DNA of 64,000 nucleotides from Felis catus (Eukaryota). Below the pieces are notes generated by a model. The model saw only the letters and a program-made list of their open reading frames with translations. It did not search any database and was not told the origin of the DNA. The position numbers and the translations under genes were made by a program. Shown piece after piece: positions 38,592 through 51,265 of this stretch (its first letter is position 1; each line of letters opens with the position of its first letter). The stretch covers positions 17,238,001-17,302,000 of the forward strand of contig NC_058368.1 of NCBI RefSeq assembly GCF_018350175.1, given 5' to 3'.

Positions 38592-38752
38592 CCATGCTTC
38601 TCACATCGTATCATGCATCAAAATAGCCTGGAGAGTTTGTTAAAAAGCAGACGAATGGACCCAACCCCCAGAGCATACGATTCAGCAGGTCTAGTGCGGG
38701 GCTCAGGCAGGTATCAATGATACTGACATTGGAAGCACATTTTGAGAAACTC
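38592..38752. mobile_element. hAT-Charlie MITE relic (MER5A-like)
   Basis: catgcttctca...catcaaaatagcctggagagtttgttaaaaagcaga...cccagag...gattcagcaggtct...ttttgagaaac. Confidence 0.6.
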
Positions 38753-39574
38753 TTTTTTTTTAAAACGATGATGTAAAGATAATTAAGCCAAGTTTATAAC
38801 TGGTAATACGTTTTCCATTCTACTGCCTGTTCAAATGACCTCAGGGATTCAATCTATGATCCAGAGTTAACATCAAACACGAGATTTCAAGTGCTTTATA
38901 TTCGTCATTTCTGACAATCTGTTGAAGAGGTTTGCAAAATTTTTAGCTGAATGTTGAAAATTTGCGCTTTGAAGTATTTCAAACCTAGCTGGAGATACCT
39001 GGGGAGGCGTGCCACAGTCAACTTGTTTATTCATCTTAAATGAATTATTATCTGTGCCTGGCACACAGTAAGCACTCTGTAGAGCTTGCTAACACAGGCA
39101 TACCTTTTTTATTTTGTCAAATATTAGAAGAAGAAATATTTGGAAATACTGAATTAAATTAGGACTGTTTGAAATCCTTCCCCTGCTCCTACTTACATAA
39201 AGAAAATGTCCATTGCTAGCTTCTGGTGAATTGGGATAAGGAATGGGGAGGAAAAACTTTTGGTTAAGAAATGTGTGGAAGGAATTTTTAGGATCCTTGC
39301 CGGGTGTGAGTTGTGATGTAATTGTACCTTCGCTATCTCCTAAATAAAATTTCAGTAATGACCACCATTTATTGGGCTCTTTCTATATCCGTCCCTTCTC
39401 ACCTGGGGTTCCAGGAAAGGATTAATCCCTAATGCCTGAAAGTATCCATTGTATGAAGTGAATTGACTTTGTTAGCAAGCATCTACAATGGTACTAGCTA
39501 TGTGCCACTCTGGGAGAATTGAGAAACGTAATCATTCACATCATTTCCTGTAGAGCTGGAATCCAGACATCGCT

Positions 39575-39770
39575 CCAAGCACTTTGTAGTTAATAGCTTA
39601 CTTAATTTTCACAACCATCCTAAGAGTAGAGTCTGCTATTTATCCCCATTTTTTACAGGTGAGGAGACTAAGGTACAACCAAGTGACTTGCCCAAGGTCA
39701 AGAGTAAGTAATAGAGGCTGTATGCACAATAAGAACGGTGGAATCCGTGTTTTTATTTGCTCTGCTAACA
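39575..39770 (-). mobile_element. MIR SINE relic
   Basis: ttaattttcacaaccatcctaagag...tatccccattttttacaggtgaggagactaagg...aagtgacttgcccaaggtca. Confidence 0.8.
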
Positions 39771-40072
39771 CTGTGTTTATTATAGTGCTGATGTTTCTGG
39801 AGTTAGGCTTGTGTTTCTTTTATATTTACTTACTTGCTGAGTCAGATGACCCAGCGCATCCAGGCTGAAAGATTGTGCCTTAGATTGTTATTTCTTATGT
39901 CCTGTGTGTTACATAGTATCGACAACTAGTTGGGGATGGTAGTGGGAGGTACAGTAAGAAGGAATGGCCATCAGATGGAAAGTCAGCCCTGCTTACAAGA
40001 AGGAACCAAACTTGGCTTAATGTTTGCTCTACGCCTTATGCATTATCTCATTTCATTTTCGTTAGGACATTC

Positions 40073-40287
40073 TTTTTGTTTTGTTTTTTTTTTTCAATGG
40101 TTGGTTATTTTTGAGAGACAGAGACAGAGCATGTGTTGGTCAGGGGCAGACAGAGAGGGAGACACAGAATCCAAAGCAGGCTCCAGGCTCTGAGCTGTCA
40201 GCACAGAGCCGGATGTGGGGCTCAAACTCACAAACCTTGAGATCATGACCTGAGCTGAAATCAGACGTTTAACCACCCAGGCACCTC
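40073..40287 (-). mobile_element. SINEC_Fc-type SINE
   Basis: Antisense SINE with a small 5' deletion; TSD ttag(g/a)acattct. Confidence 0.92.
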
Positions 40288-40511
40288 TCATTAGAACATT
40301 CTAAGATAAAATATTTTACAGTTTAAAGACACAGAGATTCAGAAAGATAAAGTAATTTAACCAAGACCCCACAGCCAGCATGTGACAGAATTCACACTAG
40401 TACTGGAATTCAGAGCCCAACTTTAGGGATGTTTATTACTATCATTTGTGAGATTAAGCAACCAATGCCAAAAAGCAATTTAGTTTAGTTTTTTCTAGTT
40501 AATTAATTTCT

Positions 40512-40698
40512 GTAATGTTTTATTTATTTTTGAGAGAGAGAGCATGAGTGGGAGTGGGGGAGGGACAGAGAGAGAAGGGAACAGAAGATCCAAAGCAGGC
40601 TCTGCACTGAAAGCAGTGAGCCTGACGCGGGGCTCGAACTCACGAACCATGATATCACGACCTGGGCTGAAGTTGGACACTCAACCGACTGAGGCACA
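40512..40698 (-). mobile_element. SINEC, head truncated
   Basis: Antisense SINE body ending ACTGAGGCAC, joined directly to an LTR fragment. Confidence 0.88.
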
Positions 40699-41002
40699 CA
40701 AGTGTCCAAGATCAGGGTGCCAAGCAGTTCAGTTCCTGGTGAGAGCTCTCTTCTTGGATTGTACATGGCCAAATTCTCACTATGTCCTCACATGGCCTTT
40801 CCTCAGTGCATGTGTATCAAGACCAAAAGAGATCTGTCTTTCTACTCTGACAAAGCCACTGATTCCAACAGGAGGGCCCAGTCTCATGACCTCATCCAAC
40901 CCCAACCTCCTCTCAAAGGCCCCATCTCCAAATGTCATCACACTAGGGCTAGGAGCTTCAACATAGGAATGGGGAGGGGGCACAAATCTTCATTCTGTAA
41001 TA
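40699..41002 (-). mobile_element. ERVL-MaLR LTR fragment (MLT1/MST-like)
   Basis: gtccaagatcagggtgcca...ctggtgagagctctctt...gtcctcacatggcc...ctcatgacctcatc...aaggccccatctccaaat...gcttcaacataggaat. Confidence 0.8.
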
Positions 41003-41387
41003 GAGAGTTCCTGCTAAACAGCTCTCCCAGAAATCTGTAACATGGCGGGTTGCTTATGGAGAATTCTGGGACTTTGGTTCCAGTCATCATTATTTCCTTC
41101 TTCAAGACCCGGCAAATACTGTGCATCCTTTTGGATACTCCTGTATACATGGCAGAGACCCAGGAAGAAGTAACTTCCAATTTCTTTTTTTTTATGTAAA
41201 ATACAAATTATCCTTATGAGAGCAGCATCATCACTCATGTCTACCGGGACCCTTTCTGTTGAAAGTGATAAAAAAAAAAAATTGAAATTTCCTTAAGCCA
41301 AAAATAAATGTATTTGTAATAAATGTATTGCACACAAATGTATGTACATTTGAATAAATGTATTCATGTAATTAAGAAACCAGGAGA

Positions 41388-41609
41388 GGGGCACCTGGGT
41401 GGCTCAGTCAGTTAAGCATCTGACTTCTGCTCAGTCAATCTCACAGTTTGTGGGTTCAAGTCCCACATCAGGCTCTGTGCTGACAGCTCAGAGCCTGGAG
41501 CCTGCTTCAGATTCTGTGTCTCCCTCTCTCTCTGCCCCTCCCCGGCTTGCACTCTGTCTCTCTCTGTGTCTGAAAAATAAATAAACATTAAATTTAAAAA
41601 AAAAAAAAA
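41388..41609 (+). mobile_element. SINEC_Fc-type SINE
   Basis: GGGGCACCTGGGTGGCTCAGTC head, A tail; TSD caggaga. Confidence 0.94.
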
Positions 41610-43914
41610 CAGGAGAGGCTGACTGCAGGGGTGATTAGATGTGACGTTATGAGAACCTGGAATCATTGTGTTTCTCAGTTTGGCTCAGCTCACCTGGTTG
41701 GTTGGTTGGTTGGTTGGTTGGTTGGGAGGGGCAGTCTCTTTCCCCATCAGCAGCAAGGCCGCAGATGCCAGAGCATCAAAAATAGAGACAGTATAGGTTT
41801 GGACGTATGAATCTGTAAGGGGTATCTGTCATGTATATAGTGGCGGGAGGGACGGGAAGGGAGCCATTAAATAAAGGTTGAGAACTATTCACTATCTCAT
41901 ATCCCCTTGGTAAATGCTTGAAAATGCATCCAAAAGAAAGGTGAGAAATATTTTTTTTCCTTTTATTGTTTTTTTTTCCCTCCACTAGTGAAGATCACGG
42001 CCACGAGGGGCTCAAAGAAATCACAGCTGCTTCTTCCTACCCCACCCTTTGCCCAAACTGTTCTTATGTGATGTTTTAGCATAGACATAGGATTGTGGGT
42101 GGAGGAAATAAAAACATTTACCCATTATGCTTATGATGGACATACAGCTGTTGCTGCACCTTAATTTTGAATCTGATAGATGTTTCTAAAAGAGTTAAGT
42201 GGTGGTTGAGTTAATCGGTAAAACGTCTGCCAAGTTGCTAGGTATTTTAATTAAAACAGTTGAAATGAAAGGTGGTAATTGTCAGGCCTGACAAAGTAAG
42301 ATTCTTTACTGACTTTAATTAAGGTGCAAAGAAGGTATTGTTTTATTTCCCCAAAGCTTATTAGAGGTAGTTTTTATGCCTTAGATATAATTTCAACTGT
42401 ACTCAACCAGAAACTTCATCTACTGCACCAAAGCACCTCTAAATCATAGGTGTTTAGGTTTTAGATTAGAGTCTAAGACAGAAATCTTTACTATATCATC
42501 AATATAAGTAAATTTAAAAGGATCTCCCTCAGTAGCGTATTGTTCTATTCATTTACTTTAAATGCTTAAAAAAAATACAGATCAACACTCTGCTCTTCAA
42601 ATGCATTTGAAAACTTTTATAGATAAAATACTGCGGGCCATCTGAGAGCAGGGACCATGGCTGTTCACCACTGTGTCTAGCACCTTGCATAGCTCTTGAC
42701 ACATGGTAAGCTATTAATAAAACGTAGTGGATACATGTATGAATGGACACCAAGTAAATTACAATGGCGGCATGTATTATGTCTGTAATAATTATTGCCA
42801 CGTCCTCATGCTTTTTGCTCCACAAAGCATCTCAATATCTTCCTTTCTTCAGACCTGTTTTGCTTCTGCTTCTGCCAATAGTATTTCATAATTTTATTAG
42901 GTAATTTTGTGATGGAAAAAAAAACAGAACAATTCACAACTATAAAATTAATGATATTCTTCTTCAATTTAATTACAAGTTAATTCAAGCTCATTATATG
43001 AGCATGGCTTAGGAATAGACAATTATACAACAATAACGTTGCCAAAACTTTCAAGTAAGCCATATTTAACCTTACAAACATATTTTGGACATATTGTTGG
43101 CCCATTTCTTGGATGAAGAAAGTGAGTTTCAGGTTATACTTAGATTCACATAAATAGTATGTTCAGGGCTAGGATCCTCTGAGAAGCTTTGCCCTGGAGA
43201 GCACATGAGACCGTAAATAATGCAGAATACTATGTATTATTTTTTTCTACCTAGTGATTTTCTGAGTCTCTGATAAGGACCAGATAAAGGCGCCTTTTGT
43301 CTTTGCCAAGACTTACACTGTTACCGTTTTCACCAAACATGATTAGTACTACAGGTGTTATACAATGAGCCTCAGTTATCATGTTCTCCATTTGGGCTCT
43401 TCAGAAGGTCACATAACAGGGAACAGAAGCTTTGTGACTTAGAAGGACCATCCACAGAGACTCCCCGCCCTATCCTTTCTATGAATATGTTCTCCAAAAT
43501 GCCCAGCTCGTGAGATACTCCCTATAGAGTTTCATAGTCAAATATAGTTTGAAAATGCTGCTTACTTTATCCCCATCCCAAAGAGTCACAGAGTTTGAAA
43601 GTCCTGAAGAAAATAAAACCTTAACTCAGAATTCCCCATCCTCATTTGATCACAGACATTTTCCTTTTCAGGTGATACCAAAGGACAAAGCTCATGATGC
43701 ACACTATGGGATCGAATGATGGATTCTTTGTGCATGTGTCACTGCCCTTCTGCTAATTTATTGATGAAATGATAACGTGATAAAAATTTATATGTCATCC
43801 TTGAAACGTATTCCCACATTGCTGTCCAAAAAGAATATGAATTTGTCATAGCCTCAAGAATATAATAGCATATAATTTCTATCACTCCAGCATCACCAGG
43901 ATTGTGATTTTTAT

Positions 43915-44512
43915 TATTTTTCTTTTTTTTACATTAACCTTCTTTTATGTTTTTTTGTATTTTTTTAACTTTTAATTTTAATTCCAGTTAGTTAACAGGC
44001 AGTGTTATATTAGTTTATATATAATATACTATATATAAATATATTATTATATTATAAATATATTATTATATATATATTATATATATATAATATATATATA
44101 TATAGTGTCCGATATAGGTAATTCAGCACTTCTGTACAACACCTGGTATTATCAGAAGTGTATATCTTAATCCCCATCACCTATTTAACCTATCCCCCCA
44201 CGCCCCTCACCTATGTAGCCATCAATTTGTTCTCTGTAGTTAAGAGTCTATTTCTTACTTTCACTCTGTCTCTCTTTTTTTCCTTTCCTTGTTTGTTTTG
44301 TTTCTCAAATTCCACATGAGTAAAATCATACGGTATTTGCCATTCTCTCACTTACCTCGCTTAGCATTATACTCCCTAGCTCCCTCCATGTTATTGCAAA
44401 CGGTAAGATTTCATTCTTTTTTTGTGGCTGAATAATATTCCATTATATATATCACATCTTCTTTATCCATTCATCAGTCCATCAATTGATGGACACTTGG
44501 GCTCTTTCCATG
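43915..44512 (-). mobile_element. Carnivore L1 3' fragment with an internal TA-rich array
   Basis: T-rich tail, ttccagttagttaaca, ttaatccccatcacctatttaacc, catgagtaaaatcatacggtatttg, gatggacacttgggctctttccat; TSD gattgtga(t/g)tttta. Confidence 0.88.
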
Positions 44513-44658
44513 AGATTGTGAGTTTTAAAATTTTATTTCAATAATCACTAAATTCTCGATCAAACTAGGAATTTGGACTACTTTTATTTCTAGCATCTTG
44601 AGTCTAATGAAAGGACTTGGATTAATTCTCAGTCAACTCTCTCTACCAAAGAGTACTT

Positions 44659-44894
44659 TTTTTTTCTTTTTTTTTTTTTTTAATTTTTTTTTCAACGTTT
44701 ATTTATTTTTGGGGCAGAGAGAGATAGAGCATGAACGGGGGAGGGGCAGAGAGAGAGGGAGACACAGAATCGGAAACAGGCTCCAGGCTCTGAGCCATCA
44801 GCCCAGAGCCCGACACGGGGCTCGAACTCACAGACCGCGAGATCGTGACCTGGCTGAAGTCGGACGCTTAACCGACTGCGCCACCCAGGCGCCC
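44659..44894 (-). mobile_element. Young SINEC_Fc
   Basis: Near-consensus feline SINE with a long T tail; perfect TSD caaagagtactt. Confidence 0.96.
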
Positions 44895-46604
44895 CCAAAG
44901 AGTACTTCTTTACAGACCCTATCCTCACTTGTGAGTGACGTGTTATTACAAATACAGTATGTGTGATACATGGGCTGAGGCTTTCTTTAGACCTCTGCAT
45001 AAGTGCTACATGTGGTCTCTATCATCCGTAGAAGCTTAGCATTCGTGGTCAAACATGGTTACATTTTTTTCAAAGGTGCATAATTATAGAGTATTTTAAA
45101 TTGTGCTTTATATAATGAATTAGCAATATCAGGAAGAATGAGAGGCCTATTTTCAATCTGGCAGTAAACATAGTGTCTTACATTGGCGAACTATGATTTT
45201 CTCCAGAGTTTTTAAATGATAAAACAGAGACAACCATCACAATAAGGTTACAAGTCTGTGAAGTAGATAAATGAAGAGAGTTAAAACATGAAGAGCAATC
45301 CCACTCCCCGCCCCCGCCCTAATTATTAGGATAGTTGTTTAGGAATGATAAAGGGAAGTGGAGTCATGATGGCCAAGAATTTAGAAAGAGTGTTAGGACC
45401 CTGCCTTTGCCTAGTGTTGAATAAACCAAGATCCCATTGCTATGCACATCTCATGGCAGCTCTGGGCTCAGTTGCAATGTAAACAAGGTTTTTGCTATTT
45501 TAAAATTTTCTGTTGTACTGTCCCAGTGTGTTTATGGTTCATTTGTCTTAAAAAAGGGGTGGATTTGTATACACTTAACTTCTTTATAAAGGATATTTCT
45601 TTTTGCTTATAAAGTGATTCTCTCTGCTAACCATTATTCAGTGGTAAAAATGCAAATGGAACCGAAGAACTTAATATTTAGAATACGTACAAGGCAGGTG
45701 ATTAATAAAGGCACTTATGTGTTTGATGGAGGGCTTTCTGTGAGCTTTGCCTTTCTATCAGTGCGAATCAGTATCTTATTCTGGGAGAAAGGAATGCTGG
45801 ATTGCTGGAGATTCTCATTAAGACTTGGCACTTTCTTGGAAAGAGTTGCAAGAAGAAACTAAAAGAATTATACTTGACCTATTCCTCAGGCAGCTCACCC
45901 TCACTCCCCACCCTCCCCCTAACCCATTATTTGCACCTATGTGTTTTGAGATGTGTTCGTAGTTTCGCTTACAAGATGAAAAAGCTTTTATGGAACTGTG
46001 ATTTGTCATCTAGATAAGGCTTCTCACCCTCATTTTATAGGTGCAGGTAAGGTGAGAGAAATAGCCAGAAATATTATTGTTTGTATGTTTTAAAAGTCTC
46101 AAAACAATTTTTCTTCAAGTTTTAAAGTGTAAAGCCTAGCTCAAATAACACTAAAATGGCTATGAAAATTTTCTTATGCAACTCAATTTTTCATAAGTTT
46201 TTCTTCTCCACAGTTCTTACCTATGTCTTTGCTGAGAAATACTAATGCCCCTATGACTATTGTCTAAACCCAAGAATCCATACTCTGCTTTCTGAATTTA
46301 AGTTCAAACACAAAACTCAAACTTAGTGTTCAATTTAAATTTTTTAACAGTGTACCATTCAAAATCTTATTAAAGTACTCTTCATAAGGGTGACAAGGAA
46401 AAAAAAAACCTCAAGAAGACTTTGAGAAGTCTATATTAACTTCTAGAAAATGTAGCCACTGAGAAAATAAAAAATTTCTGCTCAACTGATTTTATTATAC
46501 TCAACAACTATTTTAGGTATTAAGTCAAGAAAATTATGGCTAAAACATACAAAGTAAATGATTAAAGGTTATTCGTAGATAAATTGGCTTTAGGAACAAC
46601 ATAT

Positions 46605-46810
46605 GGGGCACCTGGGTGGCTCAGTCGGTTAAGTGTTCAATTTCAGCCCAGGTCATGATCTCACAGTTCGTGGGTTCGAGCCCTGCATCGGGCTCTGTGC
46701 TGACAGTTCGGAGCCTGGAGCCTGCTTCAGATTCTGTGTCTCCCTCTCTGTTCTTCCCCTGCTTGTTCTCTCTCTCTCTCTGTCTCTCAAAAATAAATAA
46801 GCATTAAAAG
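46605..46810 (+). mobile_element. SINEC_Fc-type SINE
   Basis: GGGGCACCTGGGTGGCTCAGTCGGTTAAG head to AATAAATAA tail. Confidence 0.94.
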
Positions 46811-46939
46811 AAAGAGTATATAGGTGTTCCTGGAGGGGTGGGGTGTATACCAGAAATTACAAGATGCCAATGTAAAGTAGCCAAGCAGCAGGTCCTTTGT
46901 TAGAGGCCTTCGCTCGACACACAGTCCTTCTATGTCATT

Positions 46940-47073
46940 AGCGAAGGACTGTATAATTTGTTATCTGGCCAGGATACTTTTGAAGAGAAAGAGGACACTA
47001 ACCACACTGGGCACCAAGATGACTGATACAAACCAAAATAGTCCTGGACAGGTAGAAAAGAATGGCCAGCTTA
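46940..47073. mobile_element. Possible hAT-Blackjack MITE relic (MER94-like)
   Basis: gactgtataatttgttatc..ccaggatacttttgaagag...aaacc...gtcctggaca...atggccagctta resembles MER94 as I recall it; highly diverged. Confidence 0.4.
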
Positions 47074-47235
47074 CAGATCATGAATCTCACAAGAAGAAAA
47101 GAAAATTCTTCCATAAGCACATGTCATCATTATTTTGTTGTTGTTCAAGGCTCTGGGAAGCAATTCTGAAATGAGCAGACAGGCTGCTCTCCTGGAGCTC
47201 ACCCATATTACCAGCTGCAAAACAACATAGTTGCC

Positions 47236-47455
47236 GAGGAGCGCCTGGGTGGTTCAGTCGGTGAAGCGTCCGACCTCGGCTCAGGTCATGATCTCACAGC
47301 TCGCGGGTTCAAGCCCCGCGTCGGGCTCTGTGATGACAGCTCAGAGCCTGGAGCCTATTTCAGATTTGTGTCTCCCTCTCTCTCTTCCCCTTCCCTGCTT
47401 GGGCTTTCTGTCTCTGTCTCTCTGTCTCTCTCAAAAGTAAATAAACATTTTAAAA
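47236..47455 (+). mobile_element. SINEC_Fc-type SINE
   Basis: GGAGCGCCTGGGTGGTTCAGTCGG head, (CT)n, TAAATAAACATT tail. Confidence 0.93.
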
Positions 47456-50028
47456 CATGAAAATATTTGCCCAGAGCAGAGTGACTTACAGATAGATGAC
47501 CTCAGTCCCCAGCTATTGTTCACGTCCGTGAGAATCATATATCTATCTATACACAAATATACATAATATGTATATGTTATTGTTATATATTACATATCAT
47601 ATATATTTAATATAAAGGTATATATACATACACATATATAACTTTAAGTGTGCAGGAGAAACTAAGAAAATAATTATATTGGATGTGAAAAGAGATCCAT
47701 GAATCAACAGCATTTGATACACCTGGTGTAAAGCAAATGATTCTGAATTTTCATCTTTAGATGTGTCATGTAGAGCTTTGAAATGTTAAAATAGTCCATG
47801 CCACCAGTTACTTCATATTCAGTTAAAATGGTGACTGCAAAAGAAATGTGGGATATGTACATACGCATCATCCTTTTCATTGTGAAGTATGTTAACAGTA
47901 AAGGTGCTTAAAGTCTAAGCTTCCTTAAAATCCTCTTAAAAGAATAACTAAGTTGGACAAAATGTCATGTCTTAGCAGCCCTTTAAAGCAGAAAAAATTT
48001 CATATTATTTGCTCTTAGATTTTTGATATGAAGACTCCATACAGATCAGGACTCAGCGAGTCATGTTCCCTGTCAGATTTTGCCAATTTCCTTACTACGC
48101 TTTGCCAATCCAGGGATGCTGCTAATCGAACAGAAATTGCTGTAAAGAATAAGACATCAGTACCGTGTTCATTACAACATGTGATTTATTTTCATTTAAT
48201 AAACCAATGTAGTTATCAAAGTCATTATTTTCAAAGTGCACTATCTGTCCATTGAACAAGTGTCTATTGAATTCTCGATGTGCGTGAGACCTTGTACTAG
48301 GCTCTAGGCGGTGATTCAGAGATCGCCACGACCTGGCCCCTGCTGGGATGGGTGTAGGTGTGGGGAAAGGACTGACGCTGGAGTCAGACAGACCCGGTTC
48401 AAATTCTGCAAGTTATGTGCAATGCCTCTAGCGCTGCAGACCTTCTGAAATATCACTGAAGCTCGCCAAAAAAAACTGATGAAGGTGGAAGTTCATCGAA
48501 GCAAGACTAATAATGCAGGTTAATAGGGAATTAATAATGAAAGACTTGCCAAAGTTCAGCAGAAATTCAGTACTGACTGTGTGTGTAGAGAACACTACCA
48601 AACGCGGTTTGGGGAACTTCAGTTGAGCTTAGGAGCTGGAAAGTGGGGGAAGGGTGTGCGCGCTGGCTTGGCAAATGCTGAAGACTGTTACTGTATTATT
48701 GGGATGCGGCTTCAGTAACTGAGAGTGGTTAAAGGGTTGTTGGGGTACCAGTGACACAGAATGTCTTTGACAAGGGCACTATGAGGGAGGCTTCATCGTG
48801 GAACATTTCAGTTACTTAGACAGAGGCTGGCAGCAGGTGACAGGAAAACCGTATGCCAGCTGAGACCATCATCCAGCAAAGAGCAAGGGGTCTCAAGGTT
48901 CAGACTAACATGTGGGAGCCAGAGAGGGAAGGGGTTTTCAAGGGATGGCAATAGAACCACCACCACCTTCTGTGGGGCACCGAGGAGTTCGGAATGGACC
49001 TGCACCTCCTTCTCGTATCGTGGGGAATAGATTCTGGGGACGCAGCAACCTCTGTTGCAGGGGACTGTGAGGGCAGTGGTTTTTTTCTGAGGATGGGCAG
49101 ATTCAATAAAAGCAAGACAGTGGAGGACCACAGAAAAGCTCCAGGGCACAGAAATGTGTGCCTGTACTAGAACAAGTAAAAAGAGCACAACCCATTTTAT
49201 GAAATCACACTTCTTCGCATCTACAATAAACAGACATTTTTTTACTCTATTTCTTTTGTTAAAACGTTGGTTGCAATCCACCCACTGAAATGATTTCATT
49301 AAACACTAATGGAATGTGTTAGGAAAACATTACAGTAGAGGATTTTTCTTCTAATAAAACAAAAGAGTTTTTAAGAATCTTTATCTACACCAAGCAATTG
49401 AAGCAGAGCCGCGCAATCATTCTGCAGTTCAAATTCCTTTCTTTTGTCTTACTATTTTAAAAATTATTGAATAAAATACCACTGATATTTATATTCTGGA
49501 AGCCTAAGCTACCTGCATTTGACCAAATGTCTGATATGGAACCACCTTTAATGTTCAATTAATAATAAAAAGCGAATCTTTTGGTCTCAATGCAGGAAAA
49601 GTAACATACCTAAATAAACATTTGGGTAGCCTAATAAACAGGTTGTGTTAGTTAATGCAGGAAAGAAATCATTTGAATAATGAATGAGATCACCTTATGA
49701 TTAGGCGTTTGTGGTTTTCTGAAAAAGCCATCTTCAAGTGAACAAACCAAAGCAAAACTAATCTGCCCTACAGTGGTTTTGATTTGTAAAAATAGAGTGT
49801 GTTACCCTATCGTTTTCCAATAATCACGTGTTTACATATCCAGCATTCATTTTGTAATCTGGCAAGAGGAAAAGGTAGTATGAGAAAGGAGAGGCTAGAT
49901 AAATTAGTAGGAAGAAATGAATTTCGTTTGCAACTATGAAGTCTTTTACATACATAACCTGTTAAAAGATTTTTCCTTAACCCTGGAGCTTTTTTGTGAT
50001 TAAATTGTTGTTTATACACATCGTATAA

Positions 50029-50390
50029 CAGCAGGTCTCAGATTTTTTGGATCTAGAACCTCTTTCACTCGGAAAAACTTCTCAAAGACCTCAAAGAGCT
50101 TTTGCTAGGGATATATCTATTGATAGGTACCATAGTCTGAGCTGAGAACACCTGTAAATATCCATGTGTTAAGTCATTTAAATATAACAATAATGTACCT
50201 ATAACATATTAAATTGTTATCAAAAATAGCTATGTGTTCCTAAATAAAAATCTTAGTGAGAAGAGTGGCATTGCCATGCATTTTGGGGACTCTCTTTAAT
50301 GTTTGGCTGGATTCTCATACCTGATTCTGCATTCAGTCTGTAGTGACATTGTCATTTTGGCTAAAGTACATTAAGAAAACCTAGCCTCCC
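50029..50390. mobile_element. hAT-Charlie DNA transposon fragment
   Basis: cagcaggtctcagattttttggatctagaacctctttcactc...caaagagcttttg...atatctattgata...ttagtgagaagagtggcattg resembles a Charlie-family end. Confidence 0.55.
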
Positions 50391-51223
50391 AACTTGCCCT
50401 TTTATGAAGAGTTTTAATATCTTCCCACTATATATAGTTATTAGGAACTGACACACACTCTTATGTATAAACTCCTAATCCTTATAATCCAAATTATAAA
50501 TGTGCCCCTGAGTTGAGAAATTATGTGGGCCAATTTAGATAAGCAGAGACCTACAACAGCAACATACACCCCTCCATAATGGCCACGTTTGAAAGTGAAG
50601 TTCATTAAAGGAAGGAATTACCTGCTGTCTTTGATGGTTTTCTCTGATTATATCTGTGAAAAAGGTAACCATTCCTTTGTCCGTTCATCTTCAGTTTTTA
50701 TTCTTAGTACAAAAAAAAAAAACACAAAACACAAAACACCTCATTTATCAAAATAGTAATTACTTGTCATCACAACAAGAAATTGTAGTAAGAGGTTTTA
50801 AAAAACGCTTACTGAGGAACTACTCAGGACACTTCAGTCGTTGTTGCCAAACAGCTTAACGCACAATTGCGAAGAGTCCAGAACGTTTCCGTTAGAGTTG
50901 AGTTTGTATCATCAGAAACACTGCTCGGGGCAGAGGAGCATGGGTAGAGGCGTGGGGAGGTGAGCACCTTAAGTGACACCAACTGTTTCTTCCTGCCTCC
51001 CCGTCTGGGCGGCCATCGCCACCCCTATTGCCAGCGGATGAGGAGAGGAAACGTGGGGTTTAGTTCACTTGGCCCCCTTGTAGGCACAGAGATGCCATGA
51101 CTTTGTGCAAAAACGGGAGTCCTCCTTTCTCCGGGGAACAGAGAGGAGCCGTCAGTGGCAAAACACAGGGCGTAGAATTTGGCTCCCTGTAGCTGCCTGA
51201 AACCTTGTCAGTACTCTAACGGC

Positions 51224-51265
51224 CCCCTGCCCCTGCCCCTGCCCCTGCCCCTGCCCCTGCCCCTG
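51224..51265. repeat. (CCCCTG)7 hexamer repeat
   Basis: Direct reading. Confidence 0.95.
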
